Shown piece after piece: positions 1 to 9,635 of a stretch of DNA of 64,000 bases. The notes under the pieces were generated by a model. The model saw nothing but the letters and a program-made list of their open reading frames with translations. It was not told where the DNA came from and did no database searches. Each line of letters begins with the position of its first letter. Position 1 is the stretch's first letter. The position numbers and the translations under genes are program-made. This DNA comes from Actinomycetota bacterium. Lineage in GTDB: Bacteria; Actinomycetota; Actinomycetes; Mycobacteriales; Mycobacteriaceae. The stretch lies in NCBI GenBank assembly GCA_034189785.1, contig JAXHUG010000025.1, forward strand, positions 4,447-68,446. Direction: 5' to 3'.

Positions 1-860
1 ACCAGCGTCTGCTCAAGATTGCGGTTGTAGCGCTTGAGCATGTCGGTGACCACCGCGAGGTTCGCCAGGGTCTGCGGCAGTGACCCGCGGACATCGCCGA
101 ACACGGCGTTGAGCTGATCGGCGGTGGGGGCGGCTTGCTCAAGGCCGCCGCGCAGCGCCTCGTCCTGGGCGGCTGACTGCGCAGCAAGGGTGTTGAGGTC
201 GGCCGCCCAGCGCTCGATAGCGTCCCCGGAATTCGTTTGGCTCTCGAGGATCGGCGCCGAGTTCACGATGAGGTCGTTGACCGCCGGCAGGTTGTCTTTG
301 AAACCCCGCGCCACGTTCGTCGTCGAGTCGACCAGTCGCTGCAATGCCGGACCCAGTCCGCCGACGGCAGTCGATGTCTCGGTGAGCAGGGAGTCGATCT
401 TGTCCTGGGGCAGCACGGCGAGTGCTCTGTTGGCGGCGTCGAGTGCGGGTCCCACCTCGCTGGGTACTGTGCTGTCGACGATGGTTTGCCCGTCGCGGTA
501 GTACTGGTCGGGGTTGCCGGTCGACACCAGGTCGAGGTATTGCTCGCCGATCGCCGAGACGGAGTGTACGTTCGCCGACGCGTCGATGGGAATCCTATAG
601 CCGCTGTCAATACTCATCTCGGCACGCGCGCCGTCATCGGTGGGTTCCACCGCGGTGACCTTGCCGATCTGTATGCCGCGGTAGGTGACGTTGGCGGTGT
701 CGTACAGGCCGCCGGACCGGGGCAGCTCCGCATACAGCGTGTACTGGCCGATGCCGAGCAGTGTGGGCACCCGCAGGTAGTACCAGCCCAACGCCACGAT
801 CGCGACGATCGTCAGAATGGTGAAAAGCACCAGCTGGATCTTGATGAAACGGGTCAGCAC
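1..860 (-). CDS. mce1F: MCE family protein Mce1F-like (3' end runs off the window)
   Basis: GTG at 860 reads MLTRFIKIQLVLFTILTIVAIVALGWYYLRVPTLLGIGQYTLYAELPRSGGLYDTANVTYRG, the Mce1F N-terminus. The frame stays open to base 1. Not in the ORF track because it has no stop in the window. Confidence 0.9.
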   Translation of the reverse strand, partial: MLTRFIKIQLVLFTILTIVAIVALGWYYLRVPTLLGIGQYTLYAELPRSGGLYDTANVTYRGIQIGKVTAVEPTDDGARAEMSIDSGYRIPIDASANVHSVSAIGEQYLDLVSTGNPDQYYRDGQTIVDSTVPSEVGPALDAANRALAVLPQDKIDSLLTETSTAVGGLGPALQRLVDSTTNVARGFKDNLPAVNDLIVNSAPILESQTNSGDAIERWAADLNTLAAQSAAQDEALRGGLEQAAPTADQLNAVFGDVRGSLPQTLANLAVVTDMLKRYNRNLEQTL

Positions 861-863
861 TGC

Positions 864-2051
864 TCACTCACCCCTTTCGACCAGCGGCCCGTTCGGGGCG
901 TCCAGGGGGTTCGGGGTGAACCGCACATCCGGGATCATGGTGGCCGGGTCGCGGCCCCAGGCCTGCTCGAGCGCGCGTAAGGCCCCGGAAAACCCGGTGC
1001 CGGTAAGCAGTGCGTTGTCCACCGTGGACAGGGTCAGGTCGATCGTCGCCGACACGTTGAGGTAGTCGCCGCGAACGATCTTCGGGACGTTCTCGATGGA
1101 GAAGGGCGCGGTCATGAGCAGTTTGAGCGCGCCGATCAGGTACGGCGACGCCTTGCCCAGCTGCTTGAGTGGGCGTTGCAGGCTGACCAGGTTCGTGTGC
1201 AGGTCGTCGCTGGCCGGCGCGAGTGCGTTGTCGGCCGCAACGCTGAGCCGGCCCAGCGCCTCGACGGCGTCGGCGAACAGATCGCGGGTGTCGGCGAAAT
1301 GCCGGATCAGCGGAGGGAATTCAGTGAGCACCCGGTCCAGGGTGTTGTTACGCTGCGCGACGATGGCCAGCAGCCGGTCGGTCGACTCGATCGCGCGGGC
1401 GATGTCGTGGCGCTGCTTGTTGAGTTCGTCGGTGAAGGTGTCCAACTGGTGGAGGAACTCGCGGACCTGGTCGGCGCGACCGGTCAGCGCATTGTCGATC
1501 TCGGTCTGGATCACCTCGAGGTTCGGAATGCCGCCGCCGGTCAAGACGGTGGCGATGCTGGCCTGTACGTGTTCGGTGGTGGGAAACGCCGAACTGTTTC
1601 GCAGCGGAATGGTGTCTCCGGTTTTCAGCAGTTGCGGTGAGGGCTGCGGTGGGAGATCCAGCTGCACGTGCTGGCTGCCCAGCAGGCTGGTCTGCCCGAT
1701 CCTGGCCAGCGCGTTCTCCGGCAGCGTGACGTCGGGCTGCAGGTCCAGGGTCAGGGTCGCGACCCAGTTCTTCAGCTCGATTGACCGCACCCGGCCGACA
1801 TAGACGTCGGCGACCCGTACCCGGCTGTTGACATTGAGCGCCAACGTGTTCGGCGTCTGCACGTAGACCGTCATCCGCTCTGCCCCGGTGCCCGGCCCGC
1901 CCGGCAGCGCGACATTGCCGATGCCAGCCCAGCTCCCGCACGAGGTGAGCACCGCCGCCACCGCGATGAAGGAGACGGTACGGCGGGCGATTGTGATCGC
2001 GCTGCGCCGCTTCATCGCGGTTCCTTTTCTGCGCGTCAGCAGCTCCATCAT
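864..2051 (-). CDS. mce1E: MCE family lipoprotein Mce1E/LprK-like
   Basis: Lipobox LTSC followed by GSWAGIGNVALPGGPGTG, then an MCE domain. ATG at 2051 overlaps the mce1D stop (ATGA); ATG at 2015 is an alternative start. Confidence 0.9.
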   Translation of the reverse strand: MMELLTRRKGTAMKRRSAITIARRTVSFIAVAAVLTSCGSWAGIGNVALPGGPGTGAERMTVYVQTPNTLALNVNSRVRVADVYVGRVRSIELKNWVATLTLDLQPDVTLPENALARIGQTSLLGSQHVQLDLPPQPSPQLLKTGDTIPLRNSSAFPTTEHVQASIATVLTGGGIPNLEVIQTEIDNALTGRADQVREFLHQLDTFTDELNKQRHDIARAIESTDRLLAIVAQRNNTLDRVLTEFPPLIRHFADTRDLFADAVEALGRLSVAADNALAPASDDLHTNLVSLQRPLKQLGKASPYLIGALKLLMTAPFSIENVPKIVRGDYLNVSATIDLTLSTVDNALLTGTGFSGALRALEQAWGRDPATMIPDVRFTPNPLDAPNGPLVERGE

Positions 2052-3682
2052 CCTGCTCCTGCTTCGGCCGGCAGTGGGGCAGGCCGCGGTCCGGCGGGGA
2101 CCGGTGCGGCCGCCACCGGCGGCGCGGTTGCTGTGAGTGGGTCGCCGGGTATCACCCCAGGGGCCGGGGCAGGTGGCGGCGCGGGTTGTGGGTACCACGG
2201 CGGCGGCAGCGGGTTGTTCTCGTCGTAGGCGTTCGGCGGGCCAGGCAGGTTCCCGCCGGGCGGCACCCCGAACGCGGGCGGTGCCGGCGGCGGCACGATG
2301 TCCGGGCCGCCCATCAGCTCCGCCAGCGAGTCGGGGGTGAGCATGTTGGCGGTGAACGGCTGCACCTCGACGCCCCGCATGCCGGGCGCGACGACCCATC
2401 CCGGTTCGTGGTTGCCGTGGCTGAACAAGGTGTCACGCGACCAGATCCCGGGCACGGTGGTGTCCTTGTATCCCGGCGGCGGTCGCAGCCGTTCCTCGGA
2501 GTAGGCGATCTGCTTGGGCAGCGTGCTCGCGGTGCTGATGGCATTGAAGCCGAAAGGGGGGAAGTTGAATTTGATCGCGTCGAGGATCGGCGCCAGATAC
2601 TGCGCGCACAGCTCGGCCGAGTCCTGGTAACCCAAGCGGCTGCCGGCCTGGATGGCGCTGCAGAGAAACTGCATGGGGTTGGCGAAGTTGGCGATCACCG
2701 GCAGACCGGAGAGATTGCTGTGCGTCGGTTCGTACATGTTCAGCACATTGGACCCGTAGGTCGGAACCACATGGAGGATGTTCTCCAGACCATCCTTGGG
2801 CTCGGGCTGCAGAATCGCGGTGGTGGCCTGGGCGAGGTTGTTGACGTCGTGGGTGAGCACGTCGCCGTTGTCGTCGAGGAACTGCCGGGTGGTCGACAGC
2901 AGTTGGTTCAGGTCGGTTAGGGCGGTGGCCAGTTCCTGGTCAGTGTTGGTGAACGCGTCGGTGAACTGCGCGAGGTCGTTATTGAGTGCGACGAACTGCT
3001 GATCACTTCGGTGTAGCGCGTTGACGAACAGTGCCAAACTCTTGATCACGCCGAACAGGTCGCCGCGGCCCTCGTTGAGGGTGTGCACCGCGTCGGACAG
3101 CGAACCCAGCGTCGTGTTGAGCTGCTCGCCCTTGCCGGCGAGTCCGTCTGCGGCCGATTCGACGATGTCGCCGAACGGACCCTTGGGCTGCTCGGGTGTC
3201 GGACCCAGGTCGGTCAGGATGCGGTTGATGGAGTCCCGCAGCTCGTCGTACTCGACCGGTACCTGGGTGCGGTCGATCGGGATCACCGCGTTGTCCTCCA
3301 TCACGGGCCCACCGGTGTAGGGCGGGGCCAGCTGGATGGCGCGCGACGCGACAAGGCTGGGGTTGAGGATCGATGCGGTGGCGTTGGCCGGGACCTTGTA
3401 CGTGCTTTCGTAGTGGAAGGTGACCTTGAGTTTGTCGCCGGCGGGTTCGATGCTGTCGATCGAACCGACCTTGACCCCCATGATCTGCACCCTGTCGCCC
3501 GAGTACAACGCCAGCGTGTCGGAGAAGTAGGCGACGACCGTGTTGGTGGTGAGCCTTTGATAAAGGTTCCACCCCATGAAGGCGGACACGACGGCCAGCA
3601 CCGCGATCAGTGTGCCGGTGATCACCGACGCGCGAGAAGCGTTGGGCAGCCGCAAGTTTCGCAGGTCAAAGATTGTTGACAT
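2048..3682 (-). CDS. mce1D: MCE family protein Mce1D-like, Pro-rich C-terminus
   Basis: 544-aa ORF starting MSTIFDLRNLRLP, with MCE domain motif GDRVQIMGVKVGSI; fourth gene of the operon. Confidence 0.92.
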   Translation of the reverse strand: MSTIFDLRNLRLPNASRASVITGTLIAVLAVVSAFMGWNLYQRLTTNTVVAYFSDTLALYSGDRVQIMGVKVGSIDSIEPAGDKLKVTFHYESTYKVPANATASILNPSLVASRAIQLAPPYTGGPVMEDNAVIPIDRTQVPVEYDELRDSINRILTDLGPTPEQPKGPFGDIVESAADGLAGKGEQLNTTLGSLSDAVHTLNEGRGDLFGVIKSLALFVNALHRSDQQFVALNNDLAQFTDAFTNTDQELATALTDLNQLLSTTRQFLDDNGDVLTHDVNNLAQATTAILQPEPKDGLENILHVVPTYGSNVLNMYEPTHSNLSGLPVIANFANPMQFLCSAIQAGSRLGYQDSAELCAQYLAPILDAIKFNFPPFGFNAISTASTLPKQIAYSEERLRPPPGYKDTTVPGIWSRDTLFSHGNHEPGWVVAPGMRGVEVQPFTANMLTPDSLAELMGGPDIVPPPAPPAFGVPPGGNLPGPPNAYDENNPLPPPWYPQPAPPPAPAPGVIPGDPLTATAPPVAAAPVPAGPRPAPLPAEAGAG

Positions 3683-3693
3683 CAGCTATCGTC

Positions 3694-5175
3694 CTATCCT
3701 TGCTGCGATCCTGGCGGCGCCGGCGGTAACGGAGCGATAGCCGGTGTGAAGTCCCGCGCGGAAGGCTGCGGAACCGTGCGCGCACCGGGCGGGCCGGGGG
3801 CCGTTGACGGTGGGGGCGCCCCTGGCACGTCGGGTGGCGGCTGGCCCGGGATCGCCGCGCCGGGTACACCCGGCGACGGCTGCGGACCATGCGCGTTTGG
3901 TGGCGAAGTCGCCACGTCCGGCGCCCCATGGCCACCGGGCAGCGGCCCGTACGGACCCTGGGTCAGACCGGCGCAGGGCAAGGGGTCCCCGGGACGCGGC
4001 AGGCCGTCGGGCGGCGGGGTGTACGAGCAGGGCGAACCGGGGGGCACAGCAGGGCCGGGATGCTCCGGTGTTCCCTCCAGCGGAGACGGCGCCGGCGGCG
4101 GCGCCCCGTTGGAGAACCTGTCGCCGTTGGGATCAGGGAACCGGAATGCCGGCAGGCCGGCGTTGCGCCAGAACTCCTCGGGGTCGATGCCGCGCTTCTT
4201 GAAGGCGGCGTCGACGAACGGCTGCAGGATCTGGTAGGGCAGCAGGTTGGCCAACAGCACTTTGAAGTAGGGCCCGGAGCCCAGCGCCTCGGCCAGCGAG
4301 GCGATGAAGCTGCTCACCGTGGTGAGCGCGTCTACCAGGTCGGTCTGGCGCGCAACCAGAATGCCGCTGACGGTGCGCAGCTGCTCAAGTACCCGGTTGA
4401 GGTTCGGGTTCTCGTCGATGAGGCCCCTCACCTGCTGTGATACCGCCGAAACCCGTTCGAGCAGCAGGTCGATCGCCTGGCCGCGGTCATTGATCGCGCC
4501 GAGCAATGCCTGCGCGTTGACCAATAGTGCGTTGATCTGCTCGCTGCGGTCACCCAGGACAGTGGCGATCTTGTTGGCGTTTGCCAACAGGTGTTTGATG
4601 TCGCCGTCGCGCTCGCCGATGGTGTCGGAGAACCGGGCCACCCCGTCAAGCGCGGCGCTCAGGTGGGGATAGGTTTGGTCGATCGTTTCCGACAGCACGT
4701 TCAGCGACCGCTTGACGGTCTGGGTATCCCAGCCCGAGGCCGCCTTGGTGAGGTCGAAGAACGCGTCGTAGATCTGATACGGCGTGGTGGTCTGCCCCAA
4801 TGGCAGCATGCCGTTGGCGCGCAGTGGTTGCGAGCCGCGTGGCTCGATCTGGATGTTACGCCGACCCAGGATGGTGTCGGTGCGGATCGCCGCCCGGCTT
4901 TCGGTGCCGATCCGGGTTCCACCCAGCGAGTAGCCGATCACGACCTTGTCGCCGTCGATGACCATCGACCGCACCGAGCCGAGGTCCACACCGGCGACGC
5001 GCACCTTGTCGCCGGTGTTGACGCCGCCGGTATCGGAGAACTCGGCGTAATACGTCGGCGTCGCGAACAGCACCGGCACGCCGACGAAACTCTGACCCAC
5101 CCCGACGACGAGGATGAGGATGATGATGCCCTTCAACCCGTTGCGAGCCCGGTTGGACCCCTCCAGCGTCCTCAT
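3694..5175 (-). CDS. mce1C: MCE family protein Mce1C-like
   Basis: Starts MRTLEGSN; contains RTDTILGR, TPYQIYDAFFD and a Pro-rich tail matching Mce1C. ATG overlaps the mce1B stop. Confidence 0.92.
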   Translation of the reverse strand: MRTLEGSNRARNGLKGIIILILVVGVGQSFVGVPVLFATPTYYAEFSDTGGVNTGDKVRVAGVDLGSVRSMVIDGDKVVIGYSLGGTRIGTESRAAIRTDTILGRRNIQIEPRGSQPLRANGMLPLGQTTTPYQIYDAFFDLTKAASGWDTQTVKRSLNVLSETIDQTYPHLSAALDGVARFSDTIGERDGDIKHLLANANKIATVLGDRSEQINALLVNAQALLGAINDRGQAIDLLLERVSAVSQQVRGLIDENPNLNRVLEQLRTVSGILVARQTDLVDALTTVSSFIASLAEALGSGPYFKVLLANLLPYQILQPFVDAAFKKRGIDPEEFWRNAGLPAFRFPDPNGDRFSNGAPPPAPSPLEGTPEHPGPAVPPGSPCSYTPPPDGLPRPGDPLPCAGLTQGPYGPLPGGHGAPDVATSPPNAHGPQPSPGVPGAAIPGQPPPDVPGAPPPSTAPGPPGARTVPQPSARDFTPAIAPLPPAPPGSQQG

Positions 5176-6203
5176 TGCGGCGTGCACCGACCTGACGGCT
5201 GCGAGGTGATCCTGACAGTGCGAACCGGGCCGCCGGGCTGCAAGCCGTTGAGCTGCAACGCGATATCGCAAATGTAGAAGTTGAAGAAGTCACCATAGAC
5301 GCCACCGGCGCGTCCGATGATCTTCAACGCGGACGGCACCCGGACAAGCAGGTCGTTGAGTTGCACCTGCTGGTCGATCAACGGCTGCTGGACACCCTCC
5401 AGATAGCCCACGGTGCTCTGCAGCAGCGGGCGGTTGTCGGCGAGCAGATCGCTCAGCGTGCCGGCGGCGTCGCTGAAGCCGGCGACCGAAGTGGCGATTG
5501 GGTCGGCCCGGTTCTTCAGGCCGGTGATCAGCGCCTCGAAATTCTGCAGGGTCTCATCGAACTGCTGCTGGTGTTTGACGGTCGTGTCGAGCACGGTGTT
5601 GAGATTGCGGATCACTTCACCGATGGCCTGGTCGCGATCGGCCAACGCAGTGGTGAGTGAGGCGGTCTGGTCGAGGATGTCGTTGAGGGTGCCGCCCTCG
5701 CCTTGAAAAATCGTCAGCAGCGACTGCGCGATGTTGTTGACCTTGGCCGGGTCCAGCGCCCGGAACACCGGCCGGAACCCGCCGATCAAGGCGTCGAGAT
5801 CGAGGGCGGGCTGGGTACGTTCGATCGGGATGGTGCCGCCACCGGACAACGGCTTGCCGCTATCGCCGCGAGTGAGTTCCATATAGCGGTCGCCGATCAG
5901 GTTCAGATAGCGGATCGAGGCCGTAGTGCCCTCGAACAGCGGCAACGAGCGGTCCACCCTGAAGTCGACCTTCGCCTGCGTTCCGCCGTTGATCAGTTCG
6001 ACCTTGGCGACCTTGCCGACCTCGACCCCCGACGCGCGCACGAACTGACCGGCTCGCAGGCCGCTGGCGTTGGAGAAGATGGCCGAGTACCCGGTGGTGC
6101 GGTTGAACCGCATCTGGCCGAACACCACGACGATGAGCGCGGTGAACAGCAGCAGCACCAGTGAGGCGGCGCCGAGCCTGAGGGCGGTACCGGTGATTTT
6201 CAT
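5172..6203 (-). CDS. mce1B: MCE family protein Mce1B-like
   Basis: Starts MKITGTALRLG; contains GLRAGQFVRASGVEVGKV and YLNLIGDRY. ATG overlaps the mce1A stop. Confidence 0.92.
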   Translation of the reverse strand: MKITGTALRLGAASLVLLLFTALIVVVFGQMRFNRTTGYSAIFSNASGLRAGQFVRASGVEVGKVAKVELINGGTQAKVDFRVDRSLPLFEGTTASIRYLNLIGDRYMELTRGDSGKPLSGGGTIPIERTQPALDLDALIGGFRPVFRALDPAKVNNIAQSLLTIFQGEGGTLNDILDQTASLTTALADRDQAIGEVIRNLNTVLDTTVKHQQQFDETLQNFEALITGLKNRADPIATSVAGFSDAAGTLSDLLADNRPLLQSTVGYLEGVQQPLIDQQVQLNDLLVRVPSALKIIGRAGGVYGDFFNFYICDIALQLNGLQPGGPVRTVRITSQPSGRCTPQ

Positions 6204-7414
6204 GGGTTGATCGTGTTCTCCCCGACCTGGCGCCCCCACACGTATTCGATCAGGAGCGGCTGGCCCAACTCGAAGTGGTTGTAGGGCGCGATCGTGGCCC
6301 CGTTGTCCATCACCAGGGCAGGAGCGGGCCACAGCTCGCGGGTGATCGGCTGCCAGCAGCCCGGCCGGCCTCCCGGACCACCGCGCGCGTTCACGCGCGG
6401 CAGGTTGTCCGGATACACATAGGGGTTCTCCGATCCCGTCAGAGATGCTGCAACGTTGATGGAGTAGCCGTTAAAGCCGCCCTCTGCCACTGCGACCTTG
6501 CGTTCGACGTCGTGAAAGTTGCGGACGGTGCAGAACAGCGCGGGACTGTACGTGTCCAGCAACTGCGAGGTAGGCACAAGATCTTCGGCCGCGCGGACCA
6601 GATACGGCCCGCCGCGCTCGAAGATGTCGGCGCCGGTGTTGCCGAAGCCGACCGCGGCCATCAATGCTTGGTCGAGATCGCCGCGCTGCCCGTTGAGCGT
6701 CTGCGCGGTGGTGGCGGCGTTCTCCAGTCCGTCGAACAGGTCCGGGGCGGCTGTGGCGTACACGTCGCCAAGGTCGGCCAGCAGTTGGTTGTCGCGCCGG
6801 ATCTGCGGCATCCGTGGGTTGAGGTCGGCGAGGATCGCGTTGCCGTCGACGATCGACTGCCCGAATCGGTCGCCCAGCCCGTCGAGGGCCTCGGCGGTGG
6901 CGGTCAGCGTCTGGTTGAGCTTGATCGGGTCGACCTTCTCGGCCACCGACACGATCGTTTCGAACAGCGTGTTGAACTCGGTGGTCACCGCCGTCACGTC
7001 GATGACGTCGGAGGGACTGATCCGCTCGGCCACAGGGCTTTTCGGCGACAAGAAGTTGACGTACTTGTTACCGAACACGGTGGTGGCGTCAACGCTGGCA
7101 TCGACGTTTCTGGGAATCAGCCCGAGGTATTTGGTGTCCACCGCCAGCGTGATCCTGGCTCGGGGTTCCTGCCCGATGGTGACCGCATCCACTGCGGCCA
7201 CGCGGCCGATCTCCACCCCGTTGTAGGTGACCTTGGCGCCGGGCTCCATCGACAAACCCGCGCGCGCACCCATCAAGGTGAGCTGCGTGCGATCGAGGAA
7301 CACTCCACGGAACTGCAGATAGACCAGGCCCAGCACGAGGGCGGCGACCAACGACAGCGCCAAGCCGGCCCGCTTGTACGACGGGATTCGGGGATCGTTG
7401 AGCGGCGCGGTCAT
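6200..7414 (-). CDS. mce1A: MCE family protein Mce1A-like
   Basis: 404 aa; contains GAKVTYNGVEIGRV and ATTVFGNKYV; ends EYVWGRQVGENTINP, typical of Mce1A. Confidence 0.92.
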   Translation of the reverse strand: MTAPLNDPRIPSYKRAGLALSLVAALVLGLVYLQFRGVFLDRTQLTLMGARAGLSMEPGAKVTYNGVEIGRVAAVDAVTIGQEPRARITLAVDTKYLGLIPRNVDASVDATTVFGNKYVNFLSPKSPVAERISPSDVIDVTAVTTEFNTLFETIVSVAEKVDPIKLNQTLTATAEALDGLGDRFGQSIVDGNAILADLNPRMPQIRRDNQLLADLGDVYATAAPDLFDGLENAATTAQTLNGQRGDLDQALMAAVGFGNTGADIFERGGPYLVRAAEDLVPTSQLLDTYSPALFCTVRNFHDVERKVAVAEGGFNGYSINVAASLTGSENPYVYPDNLPRVNARGGPGGRPGCWQPITRELWPAPALVMDNGATIAPYNHFELGQPLLIEYVWGRQVGENTINP

Positions 7415-7577
7415 GTCGCCACAGCCGAACCGGCTACGCGCTCAGGGGCGGATTCACCAGTGACCGAGAACGTGAACGACTCTGGGTTGGAAGGCGGCCC
7501 GGGAGGCCGCCGTCGCACCTTCACCATCAGACACTGCTTCACGGCATCGAGTGTCCATACAGCTCCAGTGCTTTACC

Positions 7578-7597
7578 TATGCGTAGAAGTACGCATA
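7578..7597. promoter_or_regulatory. 20-bp inverted repeat, candidate regulator binding site upstream of mce1A
   Basis: TATGCGTA-GAAG-TACGCATA, perfect 8-bp arms, intergenic, about 160 bp upstream of the mce1A start. Confidence 0.5.
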
Positions 7598-7626
7598 CCA
7601 AGGCGCGGTCAAATTTCAGGGGGTGG

Positions 7627-7725
7627 TGTATCGAGCCGAGTCGGCTTGTCCGGATCTTGGTCATGACGTCCGTCGAAGGAGCCGCGTCCGTGCCGAAGCG
7701 ATATCCCGAGGAGTTCCGCCGCAGG
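7627..7725 (+). mobile_element. IS3-family insertion sequence left-end remnant
   Basis: Begins TGTATCG (IS3-type TG end). RBS GAAGGAG precedes GTG at 7690 encoding MPKRYPEEFRRR, resembling an IS3 OrfA N-terminus. Similarity then stops and no right end is recognisable. Confidence 0.55.
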
Positions 7726-7868
7726 CGCGTCTACGACACCCCGGCCGCCCCGTGCAGCACCTACAGTGATCGACACACCATGCCATTCCGCGAGACCGGT
7801 TGCGCGGAAATGATATTCACATTCGCCGCCCACAATGGCGGGTCAAGGAATCACACGATGACCTTCGA

Positions 7869-8690
7869 TCACCCGGCTACGACACTGGACCTCATGTGAT
7901 CTGGCCGAGTTCGTGGTCCACCCCTGCTGGACGCAACCCCGGGGACTGTTTCGCGGTCTGTCGTGGTCGTGTGCAGCATTCCGAGCGACTGTGCCCGTCG
8001 TACGGCGAGGAGTCTGTCGTGTGCATCGAGCTTCCGGTAGAGGCTGCCGAGATGCTTGTGCACGGTCCGCTCGGAAACCTCCAGCCGCGCCGCGATCGAT
8101 CGGGCCAGAAGCCCCTCACTGAGCATCTCCAGCACCTCGTGTTCGCGGGCAGTGAGAGGCACGGTGCAGTCTTGCGGTGCGTCGGAGGGCGCGGCATGCC
8201 ACGGGAACAGGCGGTCGACGAGTGCCTCGATGAGCAGCAGCGCGGATCGGGAGCGCGCCAGCGCCTCGCTGTCGGAGTCCTCGAATGGCTGCTGCCGCTT
8301 CAGCACCATCAGACTCGGCGAGGCCGCGCTGGTGCGCAGCGGCAACTCGGCCAGGTGACCGGCGCCCAGCTTGTCATAAACGCGGCGTCTGGTGACGCTG
8401 ACGATCCACCATTCCTGCCCCGCCGGCACCGGGTTCTCCTGCTGGTGCTGCAGGACGGTGTGGGCCGACGAGTGTCTGGACCATGCGCACCAGCAGGCCT
8501 CGGTGGCGCCTCCCCGCAGATCGATGTAGCTGCCGGCATCAGCTTTCACAAGGTCGGCGCCAAACTGGCACAAGATCCTCAGGCCGTATGTCCGCGCCGA
8601 CGCACCGGCCTGGATGCCGAGCAGATCTTGTATGCACTCGAGTGCGGGTGCGGAAATCCTGTCCGCCGACCATTGTGGACCAGTCGCCAT
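7869..8690 (-). CDS. LuxR-family transcriptional regulator with N-terminal sensor-like region
   Basis: C-terminal LTAREHEVLEMLSEGLLARSIAARLEVSERTVHKHLGSLYRKL is a LuxR HTH. The start is uncertain and the N-terminal domain may itself be shortened. Confidence 0.8.
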   Translation of the reverse strand: MATGPQWSADRISAPALECIQDLLGIQAGASARTYGLRILCQFGADLVKADAGSYIDLRGGATEACWCAWSRHSSAHTVLQHQQENPVPAGQEWWIVSVTRRRVYDKLGAGHLAELPLRTSAASPSLMVLKRQQPFEDSDSEALARSRSALLLIEALVDRLFPWHAAPSDAPQDCTVPLTAREHEVLEMLSEGLLARSIAARLEVSERTVHKHLGSLYRKLDAHDRLLAVRRAQSLGMLHTTTTDRETVPGVASSRGGPRTRPDHMRSSVVAG

Positions 8691-8925
8691 CCCGAGCCTA
8701 AACCGTCGACCCGACTAGGCGTGCTGCCGGTTCGGCTGCCGCATCTCACCCTTGCCCGTCCTCACCGACAACCTCCCCGTCGACGGTCCCGACTTCCCCG
8801 GTAAACGCTACAACACCTCCCTCGAGAAGATGTCCGGTCCGCAGGATTGCCTCCATGCGACGAGCAATTCGCATGCAGCCGCACCATCAGGGAAGCCCTA
8901 CGCCTGACGAAACATGTCAAAGGTG

Positions 8926-9400
8926 ATGTCGCCGGTCGAGCGGCGCAGTCCCCCGGGTCGTCACGGATGTTCGCCTTCGGCGTAGTCACCACCCCGACGC
9001 GGGTGTCTACGACTCCGACCACCACACCGCGCCGGTCGTCGGTCTGGACGACGTGCGGCGCGCCCAGCACGTGGTGCGCGGCGTCCACATGGCTCCGGTA
9101 CTCGCGCAGTACTCGAGCCGCCTCGTCGAGGTGACGCGCCAACCCGACCAGTACCTGCCGAAGCAGATCGGGCGGTTCGTCTCCTGCGGGGCCAGTCCGC
9201 GCGCCACCATTGCGCTCTGTCAGGCCGCCCGCGCACGTGCCGTGCTGGCCGCGCGCGGACATGTGCTGCCGGAGGACATCGCCGCGGTGACCCACCGAGT
9301 CCTACGGCACCGGCTGATCCTCGGATTCGAGGCGGCCAACGCCGACGTCAGCGCGGACCGCGTCGTCGACGCCGTGCTGCAGGCCGTGCGGGTGCCCTGA
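8926..9400 (+). pseudogene. moxR: MoxR AAA+ ATPase remnant (C-terminal third only)
   Basis: DAGVYDSDHHTAPVVGLDDVRRAQ...GASPRATIALCQAARARAVLAARGHVLPEDIAAVTHRVLRHRLILGFEA is the MoxR C-terminal lid. No Walker A/B motif remains. A possible original ATG with RBS is at 8926. Confidence 0.8.
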
Positions 9401-9403
9401 CCC

Positions 9404-9635
9404 GTGGGCAAGCACCTCAACCGGGCGCGGGCGCACTTCGGCAAGGACACCCGCGGATTGCTCGACGGCGGACGGTACGCGCGGTTGCACACACGCAGCC
9501 CTCGCGGACAGCATCGTGGGCGCGGCCGCGCCGGTGCTCGCCGATCTGGGCGAGGCGCGGTTCGCCGACGAACCCCGCGCCGACGTCGGGCAACTCGGCG
9601 CCCGCGCGCAGGAGTTGGTGCGCACATGGACCTGA
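9404..9635 (+). pseudogene. DUF58 N-terminus fused out of frame to the C-terminus of the next operon gene
   Basis: MGKHLNRARAHFGKDTRGLLDGGRYARLHTRS resembles the DUF58 start in moxR operons. A frame switch follows into LADSIVGAAAPVLADLGEARF...AQELVRTWT*, whose stop overlaps the next ATG. Confidence 0.6.

Noticed and set aside
124-980. Long plus-strand ORFs antisense to the mce genes, and similar shadow ORFs throughout (e.g. 6275-7666, 19211-20680, 53433-54926, 60867-62678)
   Set aside because: These are antisense or alternate-frame shadows of well-supported genes, expected at this GC content, with no domain motifs.
7415-7570. Possible yrbE1B 3' remnant upstream of mce1A
   Set aside because: None of the three minus-strand frames resembles the YrbE C-terminus (ALYGVDPNFNLTV-like).
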